From: an uncultured Desulfosarcina sp.
GTDB taxonomy: Bacteria > Desulfobacterota > Desulfobacteria > Desulfobacterales > Desulfosarcinaceae
DNA length: 64,000 nucleotides
Direction of reading: 5' to 3'
NCBI GenBank assembly: GCA_963674945.2
Contig: CAXXWQ010000004.1
Span: forward strand, 2,304,001 to 2,368,000
A program made the position numbers and the translations under genes. The notes beneath the pieces were generated by a model that searched no databases, was not told where the DNA came from, and worked only from the letters and a program-made list of their open reading frames with translations. This document shows positions 31,076 through 41,201 of this stretch, piece after piece (the first letter of the stretch is position 1; every line of letters starts with the position of its first letter).

Positions 31076-34000
31076 AAGTTTGGCCAGCGCCTTCTTATAT
31101 TCTATGGGCATCACCTTGATGAAGCGGTGGGGAATCGACGACCGGTCCGCCAGAATTCTTTCGGCAACGCGGCTTCCGGTGAAGGTCAGGTGTGATTGGA
31201 TCAGGTCCGCCAGTTCAGCCAGGTCCTCGGGTGTCAGGCCCTCCAACGCCACGGCCTCCAGGTTGCAGTGGTGCCGTTGAAAACGGTCGTCCTCATCCAC
31301 CAGCATATAGGCGATGCCGCCTGTCATGCCGGCGGCGAAATTTCGTCCCGTTGGTCCGAGAACGACCACCCTCCCACCGGTCATGTATTCACAACCGTGG
31401 TCGCCCACCCCTTCCACCACGGCCAGGACCCCGCTGTTTCTCACACAGAAGCGTTCGCCGGCCCGCCCACGGATGTAGGCCCGGCCCGAAGTCGCGCCGT
31501 AGAGGGCAACATTGCCAACGATGATGTTCTCCTCGGCAGCATAGGCCGCCGTCTCAGGGGGGCGGATGGCCAGCACGCTGCCGCTCAGACCCTTGCCGAA
31601 GTAGTCGTTGGCCTCCCCATCCACGCGAGCGGTAATGCCCGGTGCGCCGAAGGCGAAGAAACTCTGACCGGCGCTTCCCGTGGCGTGGATGGCGATGGTG
31701 TCGTCGGCCAACCCCTTCTCGCCGTATCGTTTCGTGACTTCATGGCTCAGGCGGGTTCCCACGGTGCGGCGGACGTTGGCGATGGCAAGATCGATACGCA
31801 CCGGCCGGCCATTTTCCAGTGCCGGGGCCGCCCGGCGGATCAGGTCTTCGTCGGGCGGCGCGCCGTCACCGCGAATCAACCCCTTGGGGATGCAGAGCCG
31901 CTGGATGTGATCGGGTACTTCCGGCCGTTGAAGAATGGGTGCAAGGTTGAGGCCGCGGGTCTTCCAATGATCCCGGCCTTTGGCCACCCGAAGTCGCGAC
32001 ACCTGCCCCACCATCTCTTCTATCGTCCGAAAGCCCAAGGTGGCCATGATCCGGCGCAGGTCCTCGGCGATGAACCGCATGAGCCGCACCAGATGCTCGG
32101 GTTTTCCCGCAAACCGTTTCCTCAGTTCCGGATCCTGGGTGGCGATCCCCACCGGGCAGGTGTTTAGGTGGCACACCCGCATAATCACGCAGCCCAAGGC
32201 AACCAGGCTGATGGTGCCGAAACCGAACTCTTCGGCACCCAGCAGGCAGGCCACGGCCACGTCGTGGGCCGTCTTTAGCTGGCCGTCGCACTCGAGCATC
32301 ACCCGGTCCCGCAGCCCGTTTTGAATCAGGGTCTGCTGGGTTTCGGACAACCCCAGCTCCCAGGGAAGGCCGCCGTAACGAATGGAGGTGAGGGGGGCGG
32401 CACCGGTACCGCCGGCCTCGCCGCTGATGAGGATGACATCGGCGCCGGCTTTGGCCACGCCGGCTGCCACGGTGCCCACGCCCACCTCGGAGACCAGCTT
32501 GACGTTGATACGGGCCGCTGGATTGGCACACTTTAAGTCGTAGATGAGCTGGGCCAGATCCTCGATGGAGTAGATGTCGTGGTGGGGGGGAGGCGAAATC
32601 AATCCCACGTAGGGGGTGCTGTGGCGGGTTTTGGCGATCCACGGATAGACCTTTTCCCCGGGAAGCTGTCCTCCCTCGCCCGGCTTGGCCCCCTGGGCCA
32701 TCTTGATCTGCAGTTCCACGGCACTGGAGAGATAGGCCATGGTGACGCCGAAGCGGCCCGAAGCGATCTGTTTGATGGCGCTGTTGCGAAGATCGCCGTT
32801 TGCGTCGGCAGCGAAGCGGTCCGCATCCTCTCCCCCCTCGCCGCTGTTGCTCTTGCCGCCCATGCGGTTCATGGCGATGGCCTGGGTCTCGTGGGCTTCC
32901 TTGCTGATGGAACCGTAAGACATGGCACCGGTTTTAAACCGCTTGACGATCTCGGTCCACGGCGCCACCGCATCCAGGGCCAATGGCGTATCCGCCGGAA
33001 TCAGTTCGAAGCGCCCGCGGATCAATCCCCCTTCCCTGTTGAGGGATTGCACGGTTTGCGCATATTGTTCCCATGCTTTGCCGTCATCCTGGCGCACCGC
33101 CCGCTGCAGCAGGGCGATGGTGTCGGGATTGTACTGGTGGGACTCGCCGTCCCGCCGCCACTTGTACCGGCCCTCCATGGCCAGGATGGGGTCTTTGGCT
33201 TCGGCCGTTGCCTCGTTCGTAAGGGTGCAGCGCAGACCGATCTCCCGGGCGAGGATTGCCATGTCCGCACCGCCGATGCGCGAAACCGTTCCGGTGAACC
33301 ATCGATCGGTCACCGCGGTATCCAGCCCCACGCACTCGAAAATCTGGGCGCCTCGATAGCTCTGGAGGGTGGAGATGCCCATTTTGGACAGCACCTTCAA
33401 CAGCCCCTTGTTGATGGCGGCGATGTAGCGCTTTCGGGCCGTCTGCCGGTCCACACCCGCCACCCGTCCCGTTTCCACCAGTCGGTCGATGGTGACCATG
33501 GCCAGCCAGGGAACGATGGCGCCGGCACCGTATCCCAGAAGGCAGCAAAAGTGATGAATCTCCCTTGCTTCCCCCGTTTCGACGATGAGACCGCAGCGGG
33601 CGCGCAACCCCGCCCGGATCAGCCCGTGGTGGACGGCGGCGGTGGCCATGAGGGCCGGCACGGGGGCAAACCCGTCGGGGATGTCCCGATCGGAGAGGAC
33701 GAGGAGACGAACGCCTGCCTCCACCTGACGGACGGCATAGCGGCAAAGCGTTTCCAGCGCATCGGTCAATCCCTCGCCGCCGTCTGCCAGGGGCCAGCAC
33801 AGGGAGAGTTCGGCCGTTTTCAACGCCGCCTCGTCCGATTGACGGATGGCGTCCAGCTGCGCCGGCGTGAGAATGGGGTCTTCCAGAAAGAGCTGACGGC
33901 AGTGCAGCGGCGTCTCGACAAACAGGTTCTGTTCCGCGCCCAACGGGGTGGACAATGCCGTCACCAGTTTTTCGCGGATGGCGTCCAGTGGGGGATTGGT

Positions 34001-35599
34001 CACCTGGGCGAAAAGCTGGCGGAAATAGTCGTAGAGCAGACGGGGCCTTTCGGAAAGGACGGCCGGAGGGATGTCATCCCCCATGGAGCCGGTGGGTTCC
34101 ATGCCTTTCTCGGCCATGGGGGCGAGAATCAGCTTGAGGTCCTCGGCCGTGTAACCGAAGCGGTGCTGTGCGGCCACTACGGCCTCCGGGTCCGGGGAAG
34201 ACGATTTTTGAACCCGGGGCAAATCGGTCATGTGGATCCGGTTTTGGGCCAGCCATTGGCCGTAGGGCCTTCTCGCGGCCATGGTCTCCTTGATCTCGTC
34301 GTCGTGGACGATGCGGTGCTGGTCCAGATCCACCAGGAACATACGGCCCGGCTCCAGACGACCCTTGACAGCGACCTGGGCCGGATCCACCGGCAAAACA
34401 CCGGCTTCCGAAGCCATGATCACCCGCCCATCCTTCGTAACCGTGTAGCGGCAGGGACGAAGGCCGTTACGGTCCAGCACGGCGCCCACATGAACACCAT
34501 CGGTAAAGGCGATGGCCGCCGGACCGTCCCAGGGTTCCATGAGGCTTGCGTGAAAGGCATAAAAGTCCTTTTTGGCCTGACTCATGGTGTCGTGGTGCTG
34601 CCAGGCCTCGGGGATCAGCATCATCATGCACTGAGCCAGCGGCCGGCCGGTGTGAAGCAACAGTTCCAGGGCGTTGTCCAGGGCCGCCGAATCGCTTCCG
34701 CCGGATTCGATGACGGGAAACAGTTCCTGGATCTCTTTTGCGAAGGCATCGCTTTGAAACAGGGGCTGTCTGGCGCGCATCCAGTTGATGTTGCCCCGGA
34801 CCGTATTGATCTCTCCGTTGTGGCACAGATAGCGGAAGGGCTGGGCCAGATCCCAGGAGGGAAAGGTGTTGGTGCTGTACCGCTGGTGGACCAGGGCCAG
34901 TGCACTGACCAGATCCGGGTCACAAAGGTCCGGATAGAAGGAAGCGATCTGGTCCGCCAAAAGCATACCCTTGTATACCAGGGTCCGGGAGGAGAGGCTC
35001 ACCACATGGAAAATTCCGTCCTCCGGTGCCAATTCCAGGGCAACGCGGTTTTCCGCCGCCTTGCGAACCAGGTAGAGTCGCCTTTCCAAATCGGCTCGAT
35101 CCACAACGCCGTCGCCGATTCCCACGAACACCATGCGGATGGTCGGCATCAACCGCCTGGCAAGATCACCGGCGGCATCGGGATCCGTGGGAACCGGCCG
35201 CCACCCCAGGATGGAGAGCCCCTTTTCCCGCACCGTCCGGGCCAACGTCGCCATGGCGTCCTCACAAGCCGTTTCCTGCCGGGGAAGAAAAACAATTCCG
35301 GCCGCGTAGGCATCCTCGGGAGGAAGCCCGATACCCGCTTCAAGGGCGGCCTTTTCCAGAAAATGGTGGGGTTTCTGGATAAGAATCCCGGCGCCGTCAC
35401 CGGTGGTTTCATCGCATCCACATGCACCCCGATGGGTCAGATTGACCAGAATCTGCAGGGCGTCCTCCACCAGGTCGTGACGCTTCCGGTCATGGATATC
35501 GCAAACCATGCCGATGCCGCAGGCATCGTGCTCGAATTGCGGATGGTATAAGCCGTTTTGAACGGGCCGTCGGAATTCCGGGAAAGGGCACGAGTTCAT
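31073..35599 (-). CDS. gltB: Glutamate synthase large subunit
   Basis: HDACGIG (N-terminal nucleophile Cys), HQRYSTNTFPSW, KSNSGEGGED, QGAKPGEGGQLPG, 3Fe-4S CVIMRVCHLNTCPVG. Confidence 0.97.
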   Translation of the reverse strand: MNSCPFPEFRRPVQNGLYHPQFEHDACGIGMVCDIHDRKRHDLVEDALQILVNLTHRGACGCDETTGDGAGILIQKPHHFLEKAALEAGIGLPPEDAYAAGIVFLPRQETACEDAMATLARTVREKGLSILGWRPVPTDPDAAGDLARRLMPTIRMVFVGIGDGVVDRADLERRLYLVRKAAENRVALELAPEDGIFHVVSLSSRTLVYKGMLLADQIASFYPDLCDPDLVSALALVHQRYSTNTFPSWDLAQPFRYLCHNGEINTVRGNINWMRARQPLFQSDAFAKEIQELFPVIESGGSDSAALDNALELLLHTGRPLAQCMMMLIPEAWQHHDTMSQAKKDFYAFHASLMEPWDGPAAIAFTDGVHVGAVLDRNGLRPCRYTVTKDGRVIMASEAGVLPVDPAQVAVKGRLEPGRMFLVDLDQHRIVHDDEIKETMAARRPYGQWLAQNRIHMTDLPRVQKSSSPDPEAVVAAQHRFGYTAEDLKLILAPMAEKGMEPTGSMGDDIPPAVLSERPRLLYDYFRQLFAQVTNPPLDAIREKLVTALSTPLGAEQNLFVETPLHCRQLFLEDPILTPAQLDAIRQSDEAALKTAELSLCWPLADGGEGLTDALETLCRYAVRQVEAGVRLLVLSDRDIPDGFAPVPALMATAAVHHGLIRAGLRARCGLIVETGEAREIHHFCCLLGYGAGAIVPWLAMVTIDRLVETGRVAGVDRQTARKRYIAAINKGLLKVLSKMGISTLQSYRGAQIFECVGLDTAVTDRWFTGTVSRIGGADMAILAREIGLRCTLTNEATAEAKDPILAMEGRYKWRRDGESHQYNPDTIALLQRAVRQDDGKAWEQYAQTVQSLNREGGLIRGRFELIPADTPLALDAVAPWTEIVKRFKTGAMSYGSISKEAHETQAIAMNRMGGKSNSGEGGEDADRFAADANGDLRNSAIKQIASGRFGVTMAYLSSAVELQIKMAQGAKPGEGGQLPGEKVYPWIAKTRHSTPYVGLISPPPHHDIYSIEDLAQLIYDLKCANPAARINVKLVSEVGVGTVAAGVAKAGADVILISGEAGGTGAAPLTSIRYGGLPWELGLSETQQTLIQNGLRDRVMLECDGQLKTAHDVAVACLLGAEEFGFGTISLVALGCVIMRVCHLNTCPVGIATQDPELRKRFAGKPEHLVRLMRFIAEDLRRIMATLGFRTIEEMVGQVSRLRVAKGRDHWKTRGLNLAPILQRPEVPDHIQRLCIPKGLIRGDGAPPDEDLIRRAAPALENGRPVRIDLAIANVRRTVGTRLSHEVTKRYGEKGLADDTIAIHATGSAGQSFFAFGAPGITARVDGEANDYFGKGLSGSVLAIRPPETAAYAAEENIIVGNVALYGATSGRAYIRGRAGERFCVRNSGVLAVVEGVGDHGCEYMTGGRVVVLGPTGRNFAAGMTGGIAYMLVDEDDRFQRHHCNLEAVALEGLTPEDLAELADLIQSHLTFTGSRVAERILADRSSIPHRFIKVMPIEYKKALAKL

Positions 35600-36233
35600 A
35601 CAGACCCCCTCTCTTCTTTTATGATTCGGCAACGCCCGCACAGCGCGTGGCGTGAATTTTCCCACCGGGCGGAAAAAAACAAAACCATGTCACTGTTTCA
35701 ATCGTTGCGGTTCCAAATGGATGTATCGACAACGGTTTGAAAACAACCAATCACATACAAATGCAGAAGCTACTTGAGAAAACTGCCGACGCAGCGGAAA
35801 CGCACAGCATTGGATTGCCTGATAAGGCAATACACGGTGAGAATACTTGTGCAAAGCATATACCGTTATGGTCCGATGCACCTCACGGCAAGTACAAAAC
35901 AGGTTGTCGCGAAGATCAATACATCCGAATGTTCCATGAATTCAACGAAATTCTTATCCATCGGATGCGTTTCCGGCAAAGAATTCCACATGGTGCGGGA
36001 ACATTATCCTTCGAGACAAACGACAAAAACGTAATTAATCCGGCCAACGGCCTACTTTTATGTATTTTTTAACCAATTTTTCCTATCGATGGTCTAAAAT
36101 CGAGCCTGCCCCCATGCGGTCGGTCGTTGACGCACACCGGCCTTCACATTGCCTCCTGGATTCGGTACGAGACCTGCATTATAGTGTAGACGATTCTACG
36201 ATTCCGTAATCATCGAAAGGCCCGCGACGCCCC

Positions 36234-38486
36234 ATGCATGAAAAACGACAAGATCTGCTGAACATGCTGTGCGACCTGAGTGATCTGTCCTCTTTGATCA
36301 CCGATAGCGAGAACATCGAAAACTTTCTCCAGCGCACTGCAGACCTGGTATCCAGGCACCTGGGCACGCCCGTCTGCTCCATCTACCTGTATGACGAAAC
36401 CGAAAAGGAACTGGTTCTGAAAGCCACGGTGGGACTGAACCGCCGGGCGATCAATCGGGTGCGCATGAAAATGGGGGAGGGATTGGTGGGTACGGTCATG
36501 GCCACCGGCAAACCGGTGCGCGAAGGATACGCCAGCAAGAATCCCCTGTTTCGCTATTTTCCGGAGACCGACGAACTTCGCTACGAATCCTTCTTGGCCG
36601 TACCCATTCAAAAAGGGTCCGTAAAAATTGGCGTGCTGGTGGTGCAGCACACCCGTCCCGATTACTTCGAAACCACCCATGTAACAGCCTTGAAGGCCAC
36701 GGGCGGGCAATTGGCGGCCGTTTTGGAAAATGCCCGGCTGCTCATGGATCTGCAGCGAATGTGCAGCATACCGCCGCGACCGGAAAAACCGCTGGGCTTC
36801 ATCAAGGGCCAGAAGGCCTCCGGCGGATACGCCCATGGACAGGCCCTGATCTGGGGAAAGAGTCACGTTCAGTTGGTTGCCGGCCCCCATGAACGCGAGG
36901 GTGGCAACATGGATGACTTCAGAAGTGCCGTCAACAAAACCGCAGTGCAGTTGAACGCGCTGCAGCAACGATGTGCGGAAAGGCTGCCCGAGAGCGCCTC
37001 GTTGATCTTCGCCGCCCATTTCATGATGCTCAAGGACCCCAAGTTTGTGGACCGCATGGCGGAAAAAATCCAGGAGGGAATGCCGGCCACAGGGGCCGTT
37101 CGGGAAGTGGCCGAACACTACATTCATCTGTTTTCGGACAGTCCCCATCCCTACATTCAGGAAAAGGTTTCCGATATCGAGGACCTGGCCGGCCGGTTGA
37201 TGAGCAACCTGGTGCCGCCATCGCGAAAAGATAACGGCAGCAGCGGCGGTCGGGTGGTAATCGCCAAGGAACTCTATCCTTCTGAGCTGCTCAAGCTGGC
37301 AGCCGAATCGGTGGCGGCGGTCGTGTTGACCAACGGGGGGGTGACCTCCCACATGACGATCATCGCGCGATCCCTGAAAATTCCCGTTGTAGTGGCCCAG
37401 GTCCCGGAACTGTTGCATCTGCCCGACGGCACCCCCATCCTGGTGGACGGCGAAGTGGGAAACGTCTATGTTGATCCCTCACGGCAAATCATCGATCGGT
37501 TTACAGCCAGCACCCGGGCCCGGGAAAAGGTGGCCCGGCAAACAACACCCATGGAAGCCGGAAGGGTTCACACCCTGGACGGTACCCGGGTCGATCTCAT
37601 GGCCAACATCAACCTTCTGGCGGAACTGCCCCTTGCACGTAAAATGGGGGCGGCGGGCATCGGATTGTACCGAACCGAGTTTCCCTTTCTCATCCGCCCC
37701 TCTTTTCCCTCGGAGACGGAACAATTTTTGGTCTATCGCCAGGTGGTGGAATCCATGGCCGATGATCCGGTGATTTTCCGGACCCTGGACATCGGCGGCG
37801 AGAAGGCCTTGATGTACACGAACACACCGGCGGAAGCCAACCCGGAGCTGGGGCTGCGCTCCATTCGTTTCACCCTGGCATACCGGGAAATCTTCGAACA
37901 GCAGATTCGCGCCATTCTCCGCGCCGCCGCCGGCCATGGCAACATCGGCATCATGTTCCCTTTGATCTCCTCCGTGGATGATTTCATTCAGGCGCGTCAG
38001 GTGGTAAGCGATTGTCTCGGGCAACTGGCGGCAGAGGGCGTGGTCCATCATACCGCACCGGCCATCGGGATGATGATCGAACTGCCGTCGGTAGTGGAGA
38101 CCATGGCAGAGTTTGCCGCCGAAGCGGATTTCTTCTCCATCGGCACCAACGATTTCGTCCAGTACATGCTCGCCGTGGACCGGGCGAACAAGCAGGTTGC
38201 CGACTACTACCGCCCGGAGCACCCATCGGTGCTGCGGGCGTTGGCACGGGTGGTACGCATCGCCGACGAACACGAAAAACCCATCTCCGTCTGCGGAGAG
38301 ATGGGCCACGATATCACCATGATCCCCTTTTTGCTGGGCATCGGTATCCGGCGGTTGAGTATCGATCCCCAGTTCATGCCCGCCGTCAACGGGAGAATCA
38401 AAAGCCTTACGATTGAACATTGCCGGGAAAACGCGCGACGGCTTCTGGCTGCGGGGAGCATTCGGGCGGTTCGACAATTGCTTTAG
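36234..38486 (+). CDS. ptsP: GAF-domain PEP-protein phosphotransferase (EI-Ntr)
   Basis: N-terminal GAF (VCSIYLYD...LVLKATVGL...GEGLVG); phospho-His TSHMTI; IGLYRTE; GTNDFVQY; VCGEM. Confidence 0.93.
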   Translation: MHEKRQDLLNMLCDLSDLSSLITDSENIENFLQRTADLVSRHLGTPVCSIYLYDETEKELVLKATVGLNRRAINRVRMKMGEGLVGTVMATGKPVREGYASKNPLFRYFPETDELRYESFLAVPIQKGSVKIGVLVVQHTRPDYFETTHVTALKATGGQLAAVLENARLLMDLQRMCSIPPRPEKPLGFIKGQKASGGYAHGQALIWGKSHVQLVAGPHEREGGNMDDFRSAVNKTAVQLNALQQRCAERLPESASLIFAAHFMMLKDPKFVDRMAEKIQEGMPATGAVREVAEHYIHLFSDSPHPYIQEKVSDIEDLAGRLMSNLVPPSRKDNGSSGGRVVIAKELYPSELLKLAAESVAAVVLTNGGVTSHMTIIARSLKIPVVVAQVPELLHLPDGTPILVDGEVGNVYVDPSRQIIDRFTASTRAREKVARQTTPMEAGRVHTLDGTRVDLMANINLLAELPLARKMGAAGIGLYRTEFPFLIRPSFPSETEQFLVYRQVVESMADDPVIFRTLDIGGEKALMYTNTPAEANPELGLRSIRFTLAYREIFEQQIRAILRAAAGHGNIGIMFPLISSVDDFIQARQVVSDCLGQLAAEGVVHHTAPAIGMMIELPSVVETMAEFAAEADFFSIGTNDFVQYMLAVDRANKQVADYYRPEHPSVLRALARVVRIADEHEKPISVCGEMGHDITMIPFLLGIGIRRLSIDPQFMPAVNGRIKSLTIEHCRENARRLLAAGSIRAVRQLL

Positions 38487-38584
38487 CGCCATCCAGTTCA
38501 CAATTGATTCAATGGGACCATTGATATAATATTCGAACCCTCGAAAGAACGATCCACAATCGATCCAGAACCGTTCCATCGTCA

Positions 38585-41038
38585 ATGAAAATCTTTCCGG
38601 AGCAAGGATCCATGCACCGAAATACATATGCAGCCAATATTCTGGCCATTTTCTGCACAACGGCGCTCTTGTCTTTTTTCGCATGGGTCGGACCGGCACA
38701 CTGCCAGGAAGAACCGTCGGCGTCGCAGGAACCTGCCCCCTCGACGTCGCCCAACCTGACCGATATCGTGGAAAAGGCCGGTACCCTGGAACAACGGCTT
38801 TCCCAGCTGAAAAGCAGAACCGGTTCCACCATTGGCACGGAAAAGCTGGAGTTGCGGATCCAGAGAGCCGAATCGGCCTACGGACAGCTTTCCAAAAGAT
38901 TCTCATCGATACAGGGAAATGACCTTCAGGGTTACCAGCAGTTGGGGTACATAAAAGGAGAAGCCCGAACAGAAATCGAAGCCATGGACCGGGTTGGGGA
39001 AATCCTGGCCGAGTCCATGGAAAACCTGGAAACCCAACGCCGCTTGTGGCTGATGGAAAAACAACAGTGGGACCAGTGGCAAAAACAGATTGCCGCAGAA
39101 GGGACGATTTCCAGTGTCGCCGATGCGCTATCCCGAGCCCAGAAGAGCATCGAGGAGGCGTTGGCCATCGTCTCCCGAAAACTCGACCCCCTGCTGACCG
39201 TTCAGCAAAAAGCCGGCGACATCAAAACACGACTGCGCAACCTCACCTATGAGATCGATGACATGCTGGCCCGGCAGCGAGGCGATACCTTCAGCGGCGG
39301 CATGCCGACCATGTTTTCCCATGCCTATTGGCAGCAGTTGATGGACCTGGTTCGTAAGCCGTCCGGACTCATCGGCAAACTGCCAACCCCGAACCCGATC
39401 TATCTTGCCGAGAACGGGTGGGTGATCGGGCTGCAAGTGGTGGCCTTTTTCCTGATTTTCTCCTTGATCCGGCACAATCGTTCAAAACTCCTCGCGATCT
39501 CGCAATGCCGGTCACTCGGCCGGCGACCCGTATCTCTTTCGCTATTCGTGGCGATCTTCACCCTCACATTTCTTCATGGATCCCCGCCGACCCTGTGGCG
39601 GATGTTCATCCAATCCATTGCCAGTGTGGCCATGGTCAGACTCGTGACCCTTTTCGTATCGGAAGCCTGGGTGAAACGTGCCATCGCCATTTTGGTCCTG
39701 GTGATGATCACCTTCCAGATCGTCCTCATACTCGAGATGCCTCTTGCCTTTATCCGCCTGCTTCTGTTGATCTGGTCTGCGGCGGGCATGATCTATTTTG
39801 GATGGCAGGCACACAAGGTGACGGCAGCGATCAGGCCGGCTTACTGGATATGGTTGTTGCGGATCATCGCGGTGGTCTTTGCCGCCGTTGTCGCCGCCGA
39901 CATTTTCGGATACAGCGTCTTTGCGATCCAGCTTACCGAAGCCGCCATCCGGACCTCGATCCTGTTGCTCATGGCCTGGGTCATGATACGCCTGGTGCGG
40001 ACAACGTTTGCGCTGGCCGTCCAATTCCTTCCCAGGGAGAAGGCGCCCTTCCTTCATCGGAATGCCGACGCCATTGTGAAACGGGCCGACTTTTTCATCA
40101 CGATCCTGATCGTCATTCTCGTGACCGGCCATCTGCTGGTGGCATGGAAAATTTACGTGATCCCCATCGAGGCATTGCAGGCCATGTTCTCTTTCGGAAT
40201 CAGTCTCGGGAAGCATCGGATTACCGTCGGCCTGTTGATCATCGCCGGTCTGATTCTGTACGGCGCGTTTCTTCTTTCCTGGAGTGTTCAGGCGCTCCTT
40301 GCGGAAAATGTGCTGCTTCGGCGCCAGATGGATCCGGGAACACAGGTCTCCATTTCCCGCCTGATCCACTATGCCCTGGTGCTGATGGGATTTTTCATGG
40401 CCCTTTCCGCCCTGGGATTCGAACTGAAGAACATCACCATCATCGGTGGCGCCCTGGGCGTGGGCATCGGGTTCGGCATGCAAGCCATCGTGAACAATTT
40501 CGTCTCCGGCCTGATTCTTCTGTTCGAGCGCCCCATCAAGGTCGGCGATGTGATCCAGCTGAGCGACGGTCAACAGGGACGCGTCACAGACCTGGGCCTG
40601 CGGGCCACCACGATTCAAACCTTCGATCGCTCCGAAGTCGTGGTACCCAACGGCGATCTCATCGCAAACCAGGTGACCAATTGGACCTTGCAGGACCGCA
40701 TCATGCGGCTGATCGTCCCCGTGGGGGTGGCTTACGGCTCCGATGTGGAAAAAGTGATGCGGATATTGTCCGAGGTGGCCGCAGACAACGACAAGGTGCT
40801 CAAGGATCCTGCACCCATGGCCCTGTTTCTCAATTTCGGGGACAGCTCTCTCGATTTCCAGCTGCGGGTGTGGATCGGCGATTTTCTTAACAGACGAATC
40901 ATCCAGAGCACCCTGAACCGGGAGATCGATCGGCGGTTTCGGGCCGAAGGCATCGAAATTCCCTTTCCCCAGCGGGATCTGCACCTTCGCAGCGTGGATG
41001 AAACGGCCGCGAACCAGTTGAACAACCCCAAAAAATGA
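38585..41038 (+). CDS. Large MscS-family mechanosensitive channel
   Basis: Signal/coiled-coil N-terminus, many TMs, GALGVGIGFGMQAIVNNFVSGLILLFERPIKVGD, IPFPQRDLH. Confidence 0.92.
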   Translation: MKIFPEQGSMHRNTYAANILAIFCTTALLSFFAWVGPAHCQEEPSASQEPAPSTSPNLTDIVEKAGTLEQRLSQLKSRTGSTIGTEKLELRIQRAESAYGQLSKRFSSIQGNDLQGYQQLGYIKGEARTEIEAMDRVGEILAESMENLETQRRLWLMEKQQWDQWQKQIAAEGTISSVADALSRAQKSIEEALAIVSRKLDPLLTVQQKAGDIKTRLRNLTYEIDDMLARQRGDTFSGGMPTMFSHAYWQQLMDLVRKPSGLIGKLPTPNPIYLAENGWVIGLQVVAFFLIFSLIRHNRSKLLAISQCRSLGRRPVSLSLFVAIFTLTFLHGSPPTLWRMFIQSIASVAMVRLVTLFVSEAWVKRAIAILVLVMITFQIVLILEMPLAFIRLLLLIWSAAGMIYFGWQAHKVTAAIRPAYWIWLLRIIAVVFAAVVAADIFGYSVFAIQLTEAAIRTSILLLMAWVMIRLVRTTFALAVQFLPREKAPFLHRNADAIVKRADFFITILIVILVTGHLLVAWKIYVIPIEALQAMFSFGISLGKHRITVGLLIIAGLILYGAFLLSWSVQALLAENVLLRRQMDPGTQVSISRLIHYALVLMGFFMALSALGFELKNITIIGGALGVGIGFGMQAIVNNFVSGLILLFERPIKVGDVIQLSDGQQGRVTDLGLRATTIQTFDRSEVVVPNGDLIANQVTNWTLQDRIMRLIVPVGVAYGSDVEKVMRILSEVAADNDKVLKDPAPMALFLNFGDSSLDFQLRVWIGDFLNRRIIQSTLNREIDRRFRAEGIEIPFPQRDLHLRSVDETAANQLNNPKK

Positions 41039-41187
41039 ACTCGCAAAAAACAAGTTACGGACGGGTTCGTTAAAAAATTAGAGATCAGGGCTTGCGAGTC
41101 CCGAGGAATGAAGCGTATTTTATAAAATGCCGCAGTGACGAAGGATGAAGCGCAGCCGCCGATATCGGATTTCTTACGAAGCCGTCA
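41035..41187 (+). repeat. Miniature repeat, type 1 (full length, terminal inverted repeats)
   Basis: GACGGGTTCGTTAAAAAAT ... ATTTCTTACGAAGCCGTCA imperfect TIRs, preceded by an extra ATGAACTCGCAAAAAA unit; fills the whole mscS-gabD gap. Confidence 0.8.
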
Positions 41188-41201
41188 AGGGGGATAATGA
41201 T

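Noticed and set aside
32579..35551. 990-aa plus-strand ORF
   Set aside because: Antisense shadow of gltB in GC-rich coding sequence; no recognisable motifs.
35600..36233. 630-bp gltB-ptsP intergenic region as a riboswitch or small-gene host
   Set aside because: I recognised no riboswitch consensus, sigma54 element or credible ORF; an Rfam search would be needed.
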